A DNA stretch of 64,000 nt. Origin: the human T2T-CHM13v2.0 reference genome, Homo sapiens. Below the pieces are notes generated by a model that saw only the letters and a list, made by a program, of their open reading frames with translations, had not been told where the DNA came from and searched no databases. The position numbers and the translations under genes were made by a program. The stretch's first letter is position 1. Every line of letters starts with the position of its first letter. Positions 1 through 16,097 of this stretch are shown here, in pieces. The stretch lies in assembly GCF_009914755.1 (NCBI RefSeq), contig NC_060925.1; one strand, written 5' to 3'.

Positions 1-29
1 TTTAGCTTAATAAAGATTTTAGTAATCCA

Positions 30-654
<625 letters not shown>

Positions 655-805
655 TTAATAATCCAGGGGAGTAGAAGTGTACTCTACAAGGGAGTAGAAG
701 TAGCAGGTCTGGTTGAGATTTTGGACAAGTAGGTTAGAAAGCTGTCCTTTGCAGTACCCAGCAGTAGATTAAAATTTGGAGTGGAGCTTTCGGAATAATC
801 TTTGC

Positions 806-955
806 TATTTTTCTTTTTTTGTTTGTTTGTTTGTTAATAGAGACGAGGTCTCATTATGTTGCCCAGGCTGGTCTCAAACTCCTGGCCGCAAGCATTCCTC
901 CTATCTCAGCCTCCCAAAGTGTTGAGATTACAAGTGTGAACCACTAAACCTGGCC
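806..955 (-). mobile_element. Alu monomer / FLAM-like
   Basis: T-rich tail followed by the left-arm reverse complement. Confidence 0.8.
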
Positions 956-1022
956 TCTTTTTCTTTTTTTTTAATTCTTGTTATATCGCTGATCTCATAT
1001 GACATCTTCTCTTTGGTTCCAG

Positions 1023-1103
1023 ACTGTAAAAGGTGGGATTTCAGAGACACGTATTGAAAAGAGAATTGTGATCACAGGAGATGCTGATATTGACCATGAT
1101 CAG
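1023..1103 (+). CDS. EPB41: EPB41 (protein 4.1R) penultimate coding exon, C-terminal domain
   Basis: Acceptor ttggttccAG (1021-1022), 81 nt reading [27 protein letters not shown], donor CAG|GTGGGA; phase 0-0. The peptide is the recognisable 4.1 C-terminal domain. Confidence 0.97.
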
Positions 1104-1309
1104 GTGGGAATGTTGAAGAGATCTGGGCCTGGGAGGGGTCCCTGGGCAGGAAGACCGATGAATACAGGAGTTTGTTTGCCATCTTCATCTGCAAAAAGCC
1201 TCTTTGGCCACTCTAGCTCTTAATTGAGAAGAAAGACAAAGACAATCAAAGTAAGAGGCCTGTGGGATGGAGGCCACAGATTGAGGAGCCAGGAAATGTA
1301 ATGGAAAGA

Positions 1310-1500
1310 ACATGAGCTTTGGATTCCAAGACTTGATTCAATTGCTGGTTCTTAATATATTCTAGCTGTTAACTCTCTGGGCCTCCATTTTGCATCTGTA
1401 AGATGAAGATGATAGTATCTCCCTCTCAGGGTTGTTGTGAGAATCAGGTGAAATACTGGATGAACAGCTGGTGGCACATGGTGAGCTCAGTTAAATGGAG
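1310..1500 (+). mobile_element. MIR remnant (others at ~1615-1790 and ~2260-2420)
   Basis: MIR core ctctctgggcctccattttgcatctgtaagatg...cctctcagggttgttgtgag. Confidence 0.6.
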
Positions 1501-3015
1501 CTATTGTTATTCCGAAGGTAAAGGTACCTGAACCCATGCTAGACAACATCAAAACAAAGGGAAGCATGCCCCTACCCTTAGAGAGCTGTAACAGCCGAGA
1601 AGACACGAGCGGGAGCATAGTATGGTGGACAAGACACCAGCAGACTCGAAACTTGTTTTCTGCCCTACATCTCTAACTTGCTGTGTGACCTTGGGCAAAT
1701 CACTTTTCCGCTGATTTTTTTCTCCTTTCCTAAAAGAGAGTGGGTTGATCTAGATAATTTCTGGGCCTGAGTGCTAAAATTCTATATTTTTATGTTAATT
1801 GGGTGCTAATTGTGTGCTGCAAGCAATTAGCAAATAATAAGGTCAGGATTAATGTTCCCAGTTCTCTGCTGGGTGAGGTTAGAACAGTAAAGCTGCAGAG
1901 AAGAGGGGGTGGAAGAGATTGCATGCAAATGCTTCTGGAATCGTTGACTGGGTTGCTGGAGCAATAATTCTGTGGCCTTTTTATGCTGATATGCTGAGTG
2001 CCTTTAAAAAAAGAAAAACTGAGCTACAGTGCTGGCAGTTCCCTTGGAGGCAGGGTTGAGAGTTACAGCTGAGAATAGTGGACACAGGGTCCCAGAAACA
2101 AGGCTGCAAAGCCTAAATATCTTGCAGCCTGTTGGCCCAGCTCAGTGGGTCCCGCTGCTTTAGAAGCCTGCACCCACCCACTCAGTCTGGTGTGATCTGA
2201 GCCCCTGCTACGTGCTCAGTCTGCACTAGACAGCAAAAGCAATGCGGTGAAAGGTGTTTGAGGTTTGGAGTGAGACAGACTTGGGCTGAATCCTGACTCT
2301 GCGACCTAATTGGTTATATGTCCTTGAGCAACTTATATTACCAACCTGAGCTCTAGTTTTACCATCTGTAAAATAAGGATGATCACAGGTTTCTTCCAGG
2401 GTCATAAGGGCCAAACACACTTGGTAGCTCAGAGAGATGCTCCAGTGTCCCTCAGGTTTTCTAGTTACTGAGAGTGCATGGAAGGGGTAAGCTATGGTAC
2501 ACTCTGGCTGGCGAGGGAGGCACTTTAAGAACTGTTAAGGAGAAGCAGTGTGGAGCAGCAGGTTTCATAGAGAGGTGGGCGGAGGCAGAGTCACAAAGAG
2601 AAGACTTGAGCTGGGCCTGAGGTGTGAGCAGATGGGTTGGGCAAACAGGATCAGGGAGGATGGTCAGGGGCCCACAGAGGTGGTAGTTCTAAGAATGCCA
2701 TTCATAGAGCCAGGAGACCAGAAGAGGGTTTTCCTTCTTCCCTTGCCCCTTCTAGAGATGGTTCTTAAGAGCCAGGTGAGTAGTCAGCTGGTCATTTCTA
2801 GCTGAGTCCTTTTCCATAGGGGAGCCTGCAAATTCAGAGACTGCAGCCCAAAGAGGATGGTGTTTTTGCTCTTTTGACTTTCCCTCTGCTCTCTTTAGCT
2901 TTTCTAAAGTAATCAAAGCTCCTCCAGATCCTCAAACAGGGACCCCCTCAGAAACTAAACAACAGTGTGGTAAAGAGGAAAGTCTGATCGACTTGAGTTA
3001 AAATCCCTATTGCAC

Positions 3016-3339
<324 letters not shown>

Positions 3340-3766
3340 CTATGAAACAGTAAGCTCTTTACTGAAATTCAGTTTCCTCACCTATAAAATGCAAAAAATT
3401 ACATTACCTTAATGCACTAAGTTGTCATGTTTAAGTAAAAAGTAATGATAATAGTTATTATCTTAATAACAATATAGTTATTAATAAATTATAACTTAAT
3501 AGAGTTTAAGTAATAAGTAATGTACTTAGGCTAGTGCATGGCATATAACAGTCCCTTGTCCTCTTCCTTCCTTTCTTCTACTTTGGCCAAGGACATCTCT
3601 TCCTTTTTCTTGCACACTTCTTTACTTTCCTCTCCCGTCCTGAACTTGCCACTTACCCATGCTGAACACAGATGTTGTTTTGTCCTTTAGATTCACATCT
3701 TGAGTGAATCCTCTCAGACCCTCCAGGTATAATGATAGATAATAGATAGGTATAATAGATAATATA

Positions 3767-4098
<332 letters not shown>

Positions 4099-4354
4099 CT
4101 ATGACCCCCGAAGTCCCTCTCCAGTTCCTAGAAGACAGCGCTAACCTTCCCTGTCCCTGTGTTATCAGTCCAGAAGCCTCCCTATGCAGGATAGGGTGGG
4201 TAAGGTAATTATCAGCTTGGCTTAGCCTAAAGCTGCCCTGGTACTGCAGACAGGAGTATTGGATCTGTCAGAACATCAGAGAAATGATGACCACTGCCTT
4301 CCTTCGCCATCAGGCTATTTTCTGCCTCATTGCCCTTGTTTCTGTCTTTTGTAG

Positions 4355-4453
4355 GTCCTTGTACAAGCCATCAAGGAGGCAAAGGAGCAGCACCCAGACA
4401 TGTCAGTGACCAAGGTGGTCGTCCACCAGGAGACCGAGATTGCTGATGAGTGA
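4355..4453 (+). CDS. EPB41: EPB41 last coding exon (exon runs to 4459)
   Basis: Acceptor tcttttgtAG (4353-4354); reads VLVQAIKEAKEQHPDMSVTKVVVHQETEIADE then TGA 4451-4453; donor CAG|GTACTG at 4460; in frame with the previous exon. Confidence 0.97.
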   Translation, partial: VLVQAIKEAKEQHPDMSVTKVVVHQETEIADE

Positions 4454-4805
4454 GCTCAGGTACTGGGCGTTCCTGCTGGGGCTGAGGGTGCCCACAGTCC
4501 CAGCCTGAGAGGGCTCTGGATGGGACCCTCGGACACACTGGGAGCCCATCCCCACAAAGAGGTGTTCACCCTGGGACTTGATAAAGGCAGACGAGAGGCT
4601 GATGTGGGAGATATAGGAAATTAAGTATTTGGCTCCAACTAAAGCAGCCTGTAGCAGTGCCAGCATTATTGGGTAAGAGGAGGGACCCAAACTTGGATAT
4701 AAGCCCCCAGCTACCCTCTGAGTCTTCATGCATCCTGCTGGAGATCCACTTCACCTTCCCCCTCTCTTCTCTCTACTGCTCTGCTTGCTGCTGTCACAGG
4801 TCTCT

Positions 4806-5110
<305 letters not shown>

Positions 5111-6764
5111 GTCACAGGTATCTTTGAGCCAGAACCTGGGAAAGCCAGAGGAGAAAAAACCAAGAAGAGCAGGATCAGGCTGTCTGGAGATGGGTGGGCA
5201 TGCAGAGCAGGGAGGTAATGGCTGAAGCTCTGAGACCAGAGTAGAGAGCTGGGAGCAGGGAAGCTGCTTTTTGGGAACCAGGGATCCAGATAAATTCATG
5301 CCTAAAAGTAATTTTAAAAAGACTTGAAGAAGCCACCAATCTCACTAGGTGGGACCAGGCCCTGTAAACCTGCTCACATCCCCATTGTCACTGATGGCCA
5401 CAGGAACTTGGCAATGGGACTAGGAAGCTTTTTCCTTTGCAGGATTTTAAATTTTGCTTCTTTGTTTTCTCTAGGAACTAACCTACCCCAACTCTGCCCT
5501 TCTCCCATCCAAGAGAAACCAGCAAAATGATAAAGAAGCTAACCTGCCATAGTCAGACTTCAGACTTTCAAGATTATTCTAAATCACCAGAAAATTAATT
5601 TCAGTTTCTATTGGGAGTTTATACCAAGAGATTCTTCTAGATCTCATTGATCCTTTTGAAGAGCTTTTTCTATATTAGGATATCAGAATTGTTCAACTTT
5701 TCACTCTATAGACTGTTTTAAGAGTTTTGGGGTTTTTTTAATTGGGTGGTTTGTAACCCCTTCAGCCTAGCCTCTCTGCCCATTTATTTCCAACCCCAAC
5801 AGACACTGACAGGGTCCATGGAATTCTTCGGGAAATCCTCCAAGGACTCTTGTCAGCTGTGTTGGAAGCCAAAGCCAGCTTAGTGGGACTTCCGCGTCTC
5901 TCCCTAGTCTTATCCCCTTTGGATGATGGCAGAAACTTCATGAACCAGCCCTTTCTCAGAGCCAGTGATGTGAGTGTATCAGAATGCCAGGGAGGGCACC
6001 AGCCCTGATCCACAGACCTCGGAAAGATGCCCCTGTTCCTTTGTTGCGGGTGGTTTTGGTAAGGCAGAGCCCTCTGCTGAGAATGTAGTATTGTTTTTCC
6101 CCTCTCCCTCCTGCTTTCTTTTTGGAGCTTCTTTGGGTCAAAGACATGGAAGTTGCTTCAGATATCTGATACTGTGAATGTTTGAACATATCCGTGGCCT
6201 TCACCTCTCCAGCTACCCTTTTACCTCATCAGAAGCAGTGGCTCAGCTAAGTGCTCCCCCTAGCTCCCATCTCAGGAGACCAAATCTCACAGAAAAATAG
6301 GCACTTTGGGCCAAAAGCTCTAATGGAACATTTTTAGTGGTGATTTGGGGAAGGAAAGTTAATGAGGTTTTTAAAATAAGGTTTTCTAGTTTTGAGAGTG
6401 TGCACTTCACACAGGGGAATGGGGTTACTTCTGTCTGATCCTGGGCCTTTCTTTCATCCCAAATGACAAGGAATGTGGCTCAGAGAAGGGTTTTTCTTTT
6501 TTGACCTTTCTTCTCTCAACAGGAACCTGCCTGAGGACACCCTTCTAGAGCAAGGAATTGACTTTTAGGAGCCGTTCTCCCCACAAGACACCACATGACA
6601 AGGGGTATAAGCCCCAGCCCTGCTCATTCCCACTCACCAGCTGAGGTCTGTCAGGTTTTGAAGGCTTGATTTTGTGGTGGGTTTGGGGCTTAGTTTTCCT
6701 TTTTTTCATTTTGATTTTTGAAAGTGAAGATGATGCCCTAATTCCTGGTAAGGATTTGGGGCAT

Positions 6765-7079
<315 letters not shown>

Positions 7080-8099
7080 TAACAGAACTTCTCTAACCTT
7101 CCAACTGCTTCCCACAAACACATTGGCCTCAAGGCTCCTTAGAATCCCAGTTCCAGCTTCCTAAAATAGACAGTGGGTATCGGGCAGCAGTCACTGGGGC
7201 TCAAGGGCAGTGAGCAAGAGAAATGTCTAAAGCTGCTTCTCCCAACACCGTCCAAAGTCTCCACTGCCTGAGTTTTGTTTCGGCTGGTTTGAACTCATTT
7301 CGGGTGTGTGCATTTTTCTTTTGGTACCCATGTGAGACATGAACAACAGGAGGGAGGGAAAGAGCCCAGGTGGGACGTGGGACAGGCTTAGGGGAAAGAG
7401 CTTGTCCTATCTCAGGAACAAAATTATAGGCTGTGGGCAGAGGGTCTGAAAGGTGGGCTTTGGGGTAGTGCCCAAGCCTGGTCGTGTTGCCAGGAGTGGT
7501 GACAAGAAATGCAGCTTACATCAAACGAACATGTAGTGCATGCCCACTGCCTGATGGCCAGATGGCCTGTAGGAAGAGCTACCAGGGCTTCCAGACCTGT
7601 GGAACGAAGAGGATGGGGAAAAGGCAGAGGGCACTGAGTGTCCCTTTAAAAACTAACCCACTGAATATTCCGTGTGATCTAGAACAGTGTGGCAGCTTTC
7701 ACAGCACAGGACCGTTCATCGGGGGCCTAAACGTTTCCCTCAGCTCTGTCACCAACTCACTTCTCTCGGCTTCGTTGTCTGTAAATTGGATGAAAAGAGC
7801 TCTAATGCCTTTCAGGCTCTTAGAAGCCATAGATTTGGACAAGCCCAGCAAGATGGGTGTCCTTCCAGGCCTCTTCCCCTTTCCTCCATCTCTGGCAACA
7901 GTTCTTGGGGTTTGGCAATTGTTTGGATTTTTTTTCTTTCTGCAGTTGTGTGTATGTGTGTTTGTGTGAAGAAAAACAGACTCTGTCCAGGTAGAAATGG
8001 TGAGGAGGGGGAAGAGAATTACATTTCCAGGGTCAGAAACTTGGCAACAGTTTTCCTAGAGTGACTCAGACACACCACAGTAACAACTCTCGCTGCAAT

Positions 8100-8105
8100 T
8101 TTATT
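8100..8105 (-). terminator. TMEM200B polyadenylation signal (AATAAA on minus strand)
   Basis: Plus-strand TTTATT; the minus-strand downstream sequence is GU-rich (gttgttactgtggtgtgtct). Confidence 0.75.
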
Positions 8106-8116
8106 TTAATTTGAGA

Positions 8117-8122
8117 AATAAA
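8117..8122 (+). terminator. Possible proximal EPB41 polyadenylation signal AATAAA
   Basis: Canonical hexamer in AU-rich context; the downstream GU element is weak. Confidence 0.4.
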
Positions 8123-8676
8123 GATTTCCTCCAAGCCACATGAGGACTCTGGCACCCACCCACAAAGCAAGACCTGTATTTATAAGCCGAGGGCTCAGGG
8201 AGCCTAACTGCGGGACCCGTCAGGGCCCCGTGACCCATCCCCGTCCCCACCCCCCCCTCCACCGCTGGGCCCATCAGTGTGTGTTGGGGGGATGCTTGGC
8301 AGCTGGGGGTGAGGAGACAACAAACCTCGGGAACTGGAGCCAGAGCTGCGGCCTGACTGACGCCTTTTGATGCTCACGGGAAATTTCTGCCCAGGATCTC
8401 AGCCCCAGGCTGGTTGTTTCTACAAATCTCTCTCAAATGTATTATTTTGGTGACAAAAATGAAGGAGCTTTGTAAATTTTTTTTAAAATTATGAATCATA
8501 TCAAGTAGTTGTTTACATTTCTTGAAAAAATAGGAACTCGGGCAGCAGAATCAGATTGGCAGAATCTTTAGACTACACAGGCAATAATCAAGTCTGCTGT
8601 TTTGGCCTTTCGTAGTAGAAGTGGTTGTAGTGTTTAGATATCTGTTTGGTCTTGCTTCTTGTATTGCATTTTTTTC

Positions 8677-8682
8677 AATAAA
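8677..8682 (+). terminator. EPB41 distal polyadenylation signal AATAAA
   Basis: Canonical hexamer after U-rich upstream sequence (ttgtattgcatttttttc). Confidence 0.75.
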
Positions 8683-9560
8683 CAACAACAAAAAGAACTC
8701 TCTCTGTGAGGATTGATCCACTTTTAAATTTCTCTTCTACCAGCAACTTGGGAAAAATTAAATATGGGTGGGGGAGACCTAAACTCAAGTCATTTTCTAA
8801 AGTAAGTTACCCACATTGACCAAAATGCAGCTTCAACGTTGAGTAAAGGGATTTCTGAGAGCTGGCCAATGCCTTTTGCCAGCTGCAGTGAGATTCTGCA
8901 GCATAGGCCACGATAAAGGAAGGAGAGAAGGGGCTTCTCAGACTTATTTGCAGAAGGGCCCAGAACTCAGTATGAAGGCATTGGCAGTAGTGTAGCTCTA
9001 GAGGGATATACCCCAGATGGCTGAGGGAAGAAAGGGATTGAGGTGGTAGGAGTTCAAGGCTCAGTCCCCGTCCCAGATGGCAGTGGAGAGTCTCATCCCG
9101 TGGTCCATCTTCCCAGAGGCCCCACACTCCATCACCAGTGCCGCCTTGGAGGGAGCCTGCCCCAGCCTGTAACATCCCAACCTACCTCCCAGTCTTAGGG
9201 GCCCTTGCCCACCACTTTCTTGGGTTTGCCAAGACACTGGGTACATCTCCCAGTCACCCTGGCCTGGACCTCCAGCCCTGTTAGGGCTAAGGCCACTTAC
9301 AGAGGCTGAAGAAATTCCTGAGGCGAGTCCTCCACACCCCACAGTGAAACGCACCCTCTCCAGCTCACTGAGCCCTGGTGCAGCTGGCATTTCTCTGCCC
9401 GCATGCAGGTCAGGATGCCCTTCACAGCTGCTGTGGTCAGAGCATCCATCCCCAGCCTGGGATGTGACTGAAACATCTATTAGACGTTGGGACTCCTGGT
9501 CCTTTGGTCCTATTAGCATGGTCCATGCTGCAGCCTCAGAGCAGGCTGTCTCCCCTCTCT

Positions 9561-10547
<987 letters not shown>

Positions 10548-11019
10548 CTAGCTTCAGGGCGCCAGGTTCGGGGCGCAAATCCGGGAGGGAAGCTCCGGCC
10601 GCCCAGCCCAGGCCGCTTGGAGATCCCTGGCGGCCACCCCCGGATTTTCCCGGGCGGCGAGGCGGGGAGCCGCCCGCGCTCGGGTTTTCCGCAGCGGAGC
10701 TCCGAGCCAGGCACGCGCGGCAGAAGCCGGAGTTGGCCCGGCCAGCGGGCGGAGAGGAGGGAGGGGGGCGCAGGCTGTTCCCTGGCGCATCCCGGGCTGC
10801 AAATCTGCCGCCTGCGTCCGGTCCGCAAGCCCGCGGGTCTTGGGCCTCGGGAAACGTGCGGCCCCCAGCTGCCGCGTCTCCAGGGTAAGTACCTCCCGGG
10901 CTCGACCCCACCCCCGCACGTGGCTGCACCGTAGCAAATGGGGCGGGGGCGCTCGGGCCTCCCAGGTCCGCAGGGGTCGCTCGCCGGGCCCCACCTCCCC
11001 CCTACTGTGCTTTACATAC

Positions 11020-11160
11020 CGCAGCGCGGGAGGAGGGGGCGTCACCGGCTCCAGCCTCTCCCTGCCCGCCCCCTCCTTCCAGACCTCCTCCGCCCGCAGC
11101 GAAGCTGCAGCAGGAGCGACTTGAGCTAGACACCGGGAAGACCGCTCGGATCAAGACCAG
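11020..11160 (-). other. TMEM200B: TMEM200B candidate proximal non-coding first exon (5' end approximate)
   Basis: Minus-strand donor GCG|GTATGT (11019-11014) inside the CpG island, upstream of the coding-exon acceptor. Confidence 0.6.
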
Positions 11161-12430
11161 CCAGGCAGAGGAGGAGAGGCGGCGCCGACTTCGCCCAAGA
11201 TTTCCATCAAGTCCACGCATGAGAGGCCTCTCCCTCCCCCAGCGGTCGTGCTGGGGCCACGGCAGCAGGCGGGGGTGCCGGTGCCGGGCGCTGGGCCCCG
11301 CCGGACGGATGCCCTCCCGGCTCCCCCGTCGGCCCGGGCAAGGCTGTTCCCAGGTTGCGACGTTTCCAATTCGGGCTCCTCCGGATGAATCATCCCCCTT
11401 TCCCGCCGCCTGGCCTCCTTTCCCGCCTCCTCCGCCCGAGGCCTCCGTGGCCCGTGGCCCGGTCAGAGCAGCACCGCCCCTGCGCCTCGGGATCCGGGCC
11501 GCACAGCTTAAGCCCTCCCGATTGCTGGCCGCGCCCTGCCTGCGGCCTGTGGCCTGGATCCCGGGCCCAGCAGGAGTAGCCGAGCTGCGTGCGGTGTGGC
11601 CCCCACGAAAGGGAGGGCGAGGGAGAAGACGCGGCCCCCGCCCAGGCGCCCCAGGCCGCAGGAGAGGAGGCTCAGGGCCTAGCTGTCCAGGGTCGTCCTC
11701 ACTGCTCGCGTCCGCTTCCTAAAGAACCACCGCGCTGGAGCCCGCAGCCGAAACCTCGGGGAGGCGGCCTTGCTCCCCGACCCACGCCCCATCTGCACCC
11801 CAAACCTCAAAGCAGGACACCCATCCCTGCCTCCGACTGGAGCGCTCAAGGCCCGGGCCTAGCAGGGAGCCGCCACTCTCCCGCGTCCAAAGCCTGGTTT
11901 CACAGATTGCAACTACGGCCCAGGGAGGCCGGGGAGACTGCCCGACCCCGCACTAGGCGGGGGCTCTGCCAGGTCCGACGCCGGGCTCCGGGGCCCCAGC
12001 CCTAGACCCCTCTCAGGACAGCCACGGGAGTATCCAGGAGGAAGCGAGGCCCATCCCCTCCTTGTCCCTGAGTTTGCAGCCCTTTCCCCAGCCCGCAACC
12101 GGAGGAGCGATCATCGCTTCAAGCCAGAACTGGCGCTCTCAGCCCCGGCTCCAGCAAGGTCACCCGGAGCCCCGCGCGTCGCTGCCGCGAGGGAAGCGAA
12201 AACAAGCAGAGTGGGGACATGGGGACACGCTCAGAGACCCCGAGCCGTGGAGGTAGTGGGCCGACGCTGGGGACACCAGGGAGGCGGAAACTTGGGGACA
12301 CAGCGCACAGCCCGACAGAAGATGCTGGGGCCGAGTCCCCAGGACTCCAGGGTCCCGCCACCGCCCGCGTCCACACTCCCGCCTGGGGGAACGGGAGGGC
12401 CGCGCTCCCGCCCCCAGGGGCCCTGACCGA

Positions 12431-12454
12431 GGGAGGGAGGGAGGGAGGGAGGGA
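12431..12454 (+). repeat. (GGGA)6 tract, G-quadruplex-capable
   Basis: gggagggagggagggagggaggga read directly. Confidence 0.85.
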
Positions 12455-12511
12455 CCAAACGAAAAGTTGGGAAAAGTGGAGTGCGGACCCCTGGACCCCA
12501 GCTCGGCTCAC

Positions 12512-12590
12512 CTGGCGCCGCAGCGCCGCGCGGGTCCGGGTCCCAGTCCGCGCGCGGAGGCTCCAGAGCCGCCCGGGTCTCCACGGCCCG
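12512..12590 (-). other. TMEM200B: TMEM200B candidate distal non-coding first exon (5' end approximate)
   Basis: Strong minus-strand donor CAG|GTGAGC (12511-12506); GC boxes (GGGGCGGGG on minus, ~12598-12606) just upstream. Confidence 0.65.
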
Positions 12591-14828
12591 GCCCCAGCCC
12601 CGCCCCGGCCCCGCCTCCAGCCCCCGGGACCGTCCGACCCGCGCCGGGCCCGGCCCCACCGCCGCTGAAAGGCGGCAGCTCAGGTCAAAGGATCGCAGGT
12701 AGGCGCCCTGTGCGCGCCTGGTGACTCCGGGCACCCGTGGCCCGAGTTCTGCCATCCCCACTCTCCCACCCCCAGCTTACATCGGTCGCAAAGGCCCACA
12801 AAGGCGACCCCTTCCTACATGGGGAAACTGAGACCCGGGACCCAGGAGCCCCGACACCCGCACGTCCTTCCCCGCTTCCCAGAGCCCCTCATCCCAGGCG
12901 CCCGGGGAGCTTCCAGGAGGAGGCGGCCCGAGTCCCTGCTCTGCCCCGGTCCCGCAGCCCTTGCTGTCGCTGAACCTCGCGGACTTCATCTGTGCAATGG
13001 GCACCAAGGCTTCAGCCTCGCAAGATGCCGAGAGGCAAGAGCCAGACGCCAAGGGCCAGCCCGGGGCGACTCCGCAAAGCCCTCAGCGAAAGCAGCGCCC
13101 GGGGAGGGGCGGGCCTTGTAGCTGAAAGGACCGGACGGGGTGCGGATGTGCCGCCGGGTACTCCTAAGAACAGGCGCCCCTTCGCCAGTGGGGGAGCGGG
13201 CTTGTTCCCAATAACGGGGAGGGTGCTGAGAGCTGCGACCCCGCCGGCGAGCCCGAAGGGGGCGGCCCGGCCTTCGCGCCCTCCCGCCCCTGGAGGCAGG
13301 AATGCAGAGCGGGGGAGCCAGGGCGGCCGGCGGTCGGCCCAGTTTCCATGATGCGGGGGGCGGGTTCGGGGGAGGCGGCGACCGATTTCCAGGCTCAGCG
13401 GTCAGGCCGGGCCCCCCGGGAGGAATTTCCGGCCTAGGATTGATTAAGGCCCGCCCCTCCCCCCGGCCGTGGAGACCCCCGGCGCGCAGCCGGGGGGAGG
13501 GGCGCTAATGAGACCCGGCTGCGCGCCGCGGACAGGGAGGGGACCCGAGGAAGGGGCGGGCCAGGGGCCGGGGCCACCCCCCGACGCGGGGCGGAGCCGG
13601 GTCCCGGAGCCGCACGGCCAGGCCAGGCCTTGAACCTGAGCTCCCACCCTCTGGGTCGGCGGAGGAGAGTGGGGGTGCATCAGTGCCCCCCGGGACCCCC
13701 TCTTCCAGCTCTTAAAAGCCCCCTCGGGGGGTCGGTGAGGTAACGGGCGGACCAGAGGGACCACAGTGGGGAAGACCGAGCCTCGGCTCCCGGGCTTCAT
13801 CCCTGCGAGGCCGTGTGCGAGATCGAAGCCAGGGCCTCCTTCTTGCCTCCCCAGTCCGACTGGAGGCTCCTGAGGTCTCGGTCCGCTCCACGGAGGCCTC
13901 CCTCCAGCATCTTTGCTTGGGACCCCCGCCCCCATCAATCCTCCGCTTCGTCCACTCCCCGCACACTGACCCCACCGCGGTCGCACCTCCGCCTCCCAGC
14001 TCTCCCTCCCACCCCTGGGCTCCCTCAATCCCACTCCATGCCTGCCTCTCCCAGCCCACTGCTCTTCCTCCAATAAGCCCGGCTTCTAGTCTGACTCCCT
14101 GGGCCCCTCGATCATCCCCTGCCTCCAGCTCTGTGAAGGGCCCTTTGTCCACCCAAGCACGGGGTCAGCCTTGGCCCCTTCCTCTCCCCCTCTCATCCCA
14201 CTCACAGAGCCTTGGGGGCCCTGCTCTTTTCATCTGGGGCCAGCCACGTTCTCCCTTTCCCATGGCCACTGTCCTGCTCCGGCGTCCAGGCTCCTCCTGG
14301 AGCCCATGGTCTCCTGCCTCCCCGTGTCCTAGTGCGCTGCAGACAGGCAGCAAGGGTTTCCACTCTGAATCTGAGCCTGCCACTACCTGCTTAAAACCAT
14401 CAGTGACTCCCCAAATCGAGTTGGAAATCTCTTCTTGTCTCCACGAACTGGCCCCGGGCCTCTTACACTCCCTCAGGGCTTGGTTGGTCCTTGCTTTCCG
14501 GCAGGAACACTTACCCCCTGGTCGTGCCCTTGCCACCTTCTACACATCCTTCAGACCCTGGGCCTTCCCCCAGCCCCCAGACCAGGTCAGTACCCGCTCT
14601 CCTGCTCTGTTGTACACCCTCACAACACCAGCAGCTTCCCTGTGCACCTGCAAACTGAACCCACTGGGAGTGGAGTCTGTTTCCTGTCTGTGTCCCCACT
14701 GGCCATGACTCTGAGGGGGCAGGACTAGGTCTGTCTTGCTCATCCCTGGAGCCCTGTGCCCAGCACAGTGTCTGCCCACAGCTGGCCATCCCCATTAGAG
14801 GAGGGTGTGCAGGCCTGTGTCTCCTTCA

Positions 14829-16097
<1,269 letters not shown>

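Larger units (their letters stand above)
8083..9560 (-). other. TMEM200B: TMEM200B 3'UTR (3' end approximate)
   Basis: Lies between the TGA at 9563-9561 and the minus-strand AATAAA at 8105-8100. Confidence 0.75.

Noticed and set aside
999-1223. 74-aa ORF as a standalone gene
   Set aside because: It is the EPB41 exon 1023-1103 read with flanking intron sequence.
13444-14708. 209-aa (-) and 297-aa (+) ORFs at the CpG island edge
   Set aside because: Pro/Ser/Gly-rich low complexity with no recognisable family; explained by GC content.
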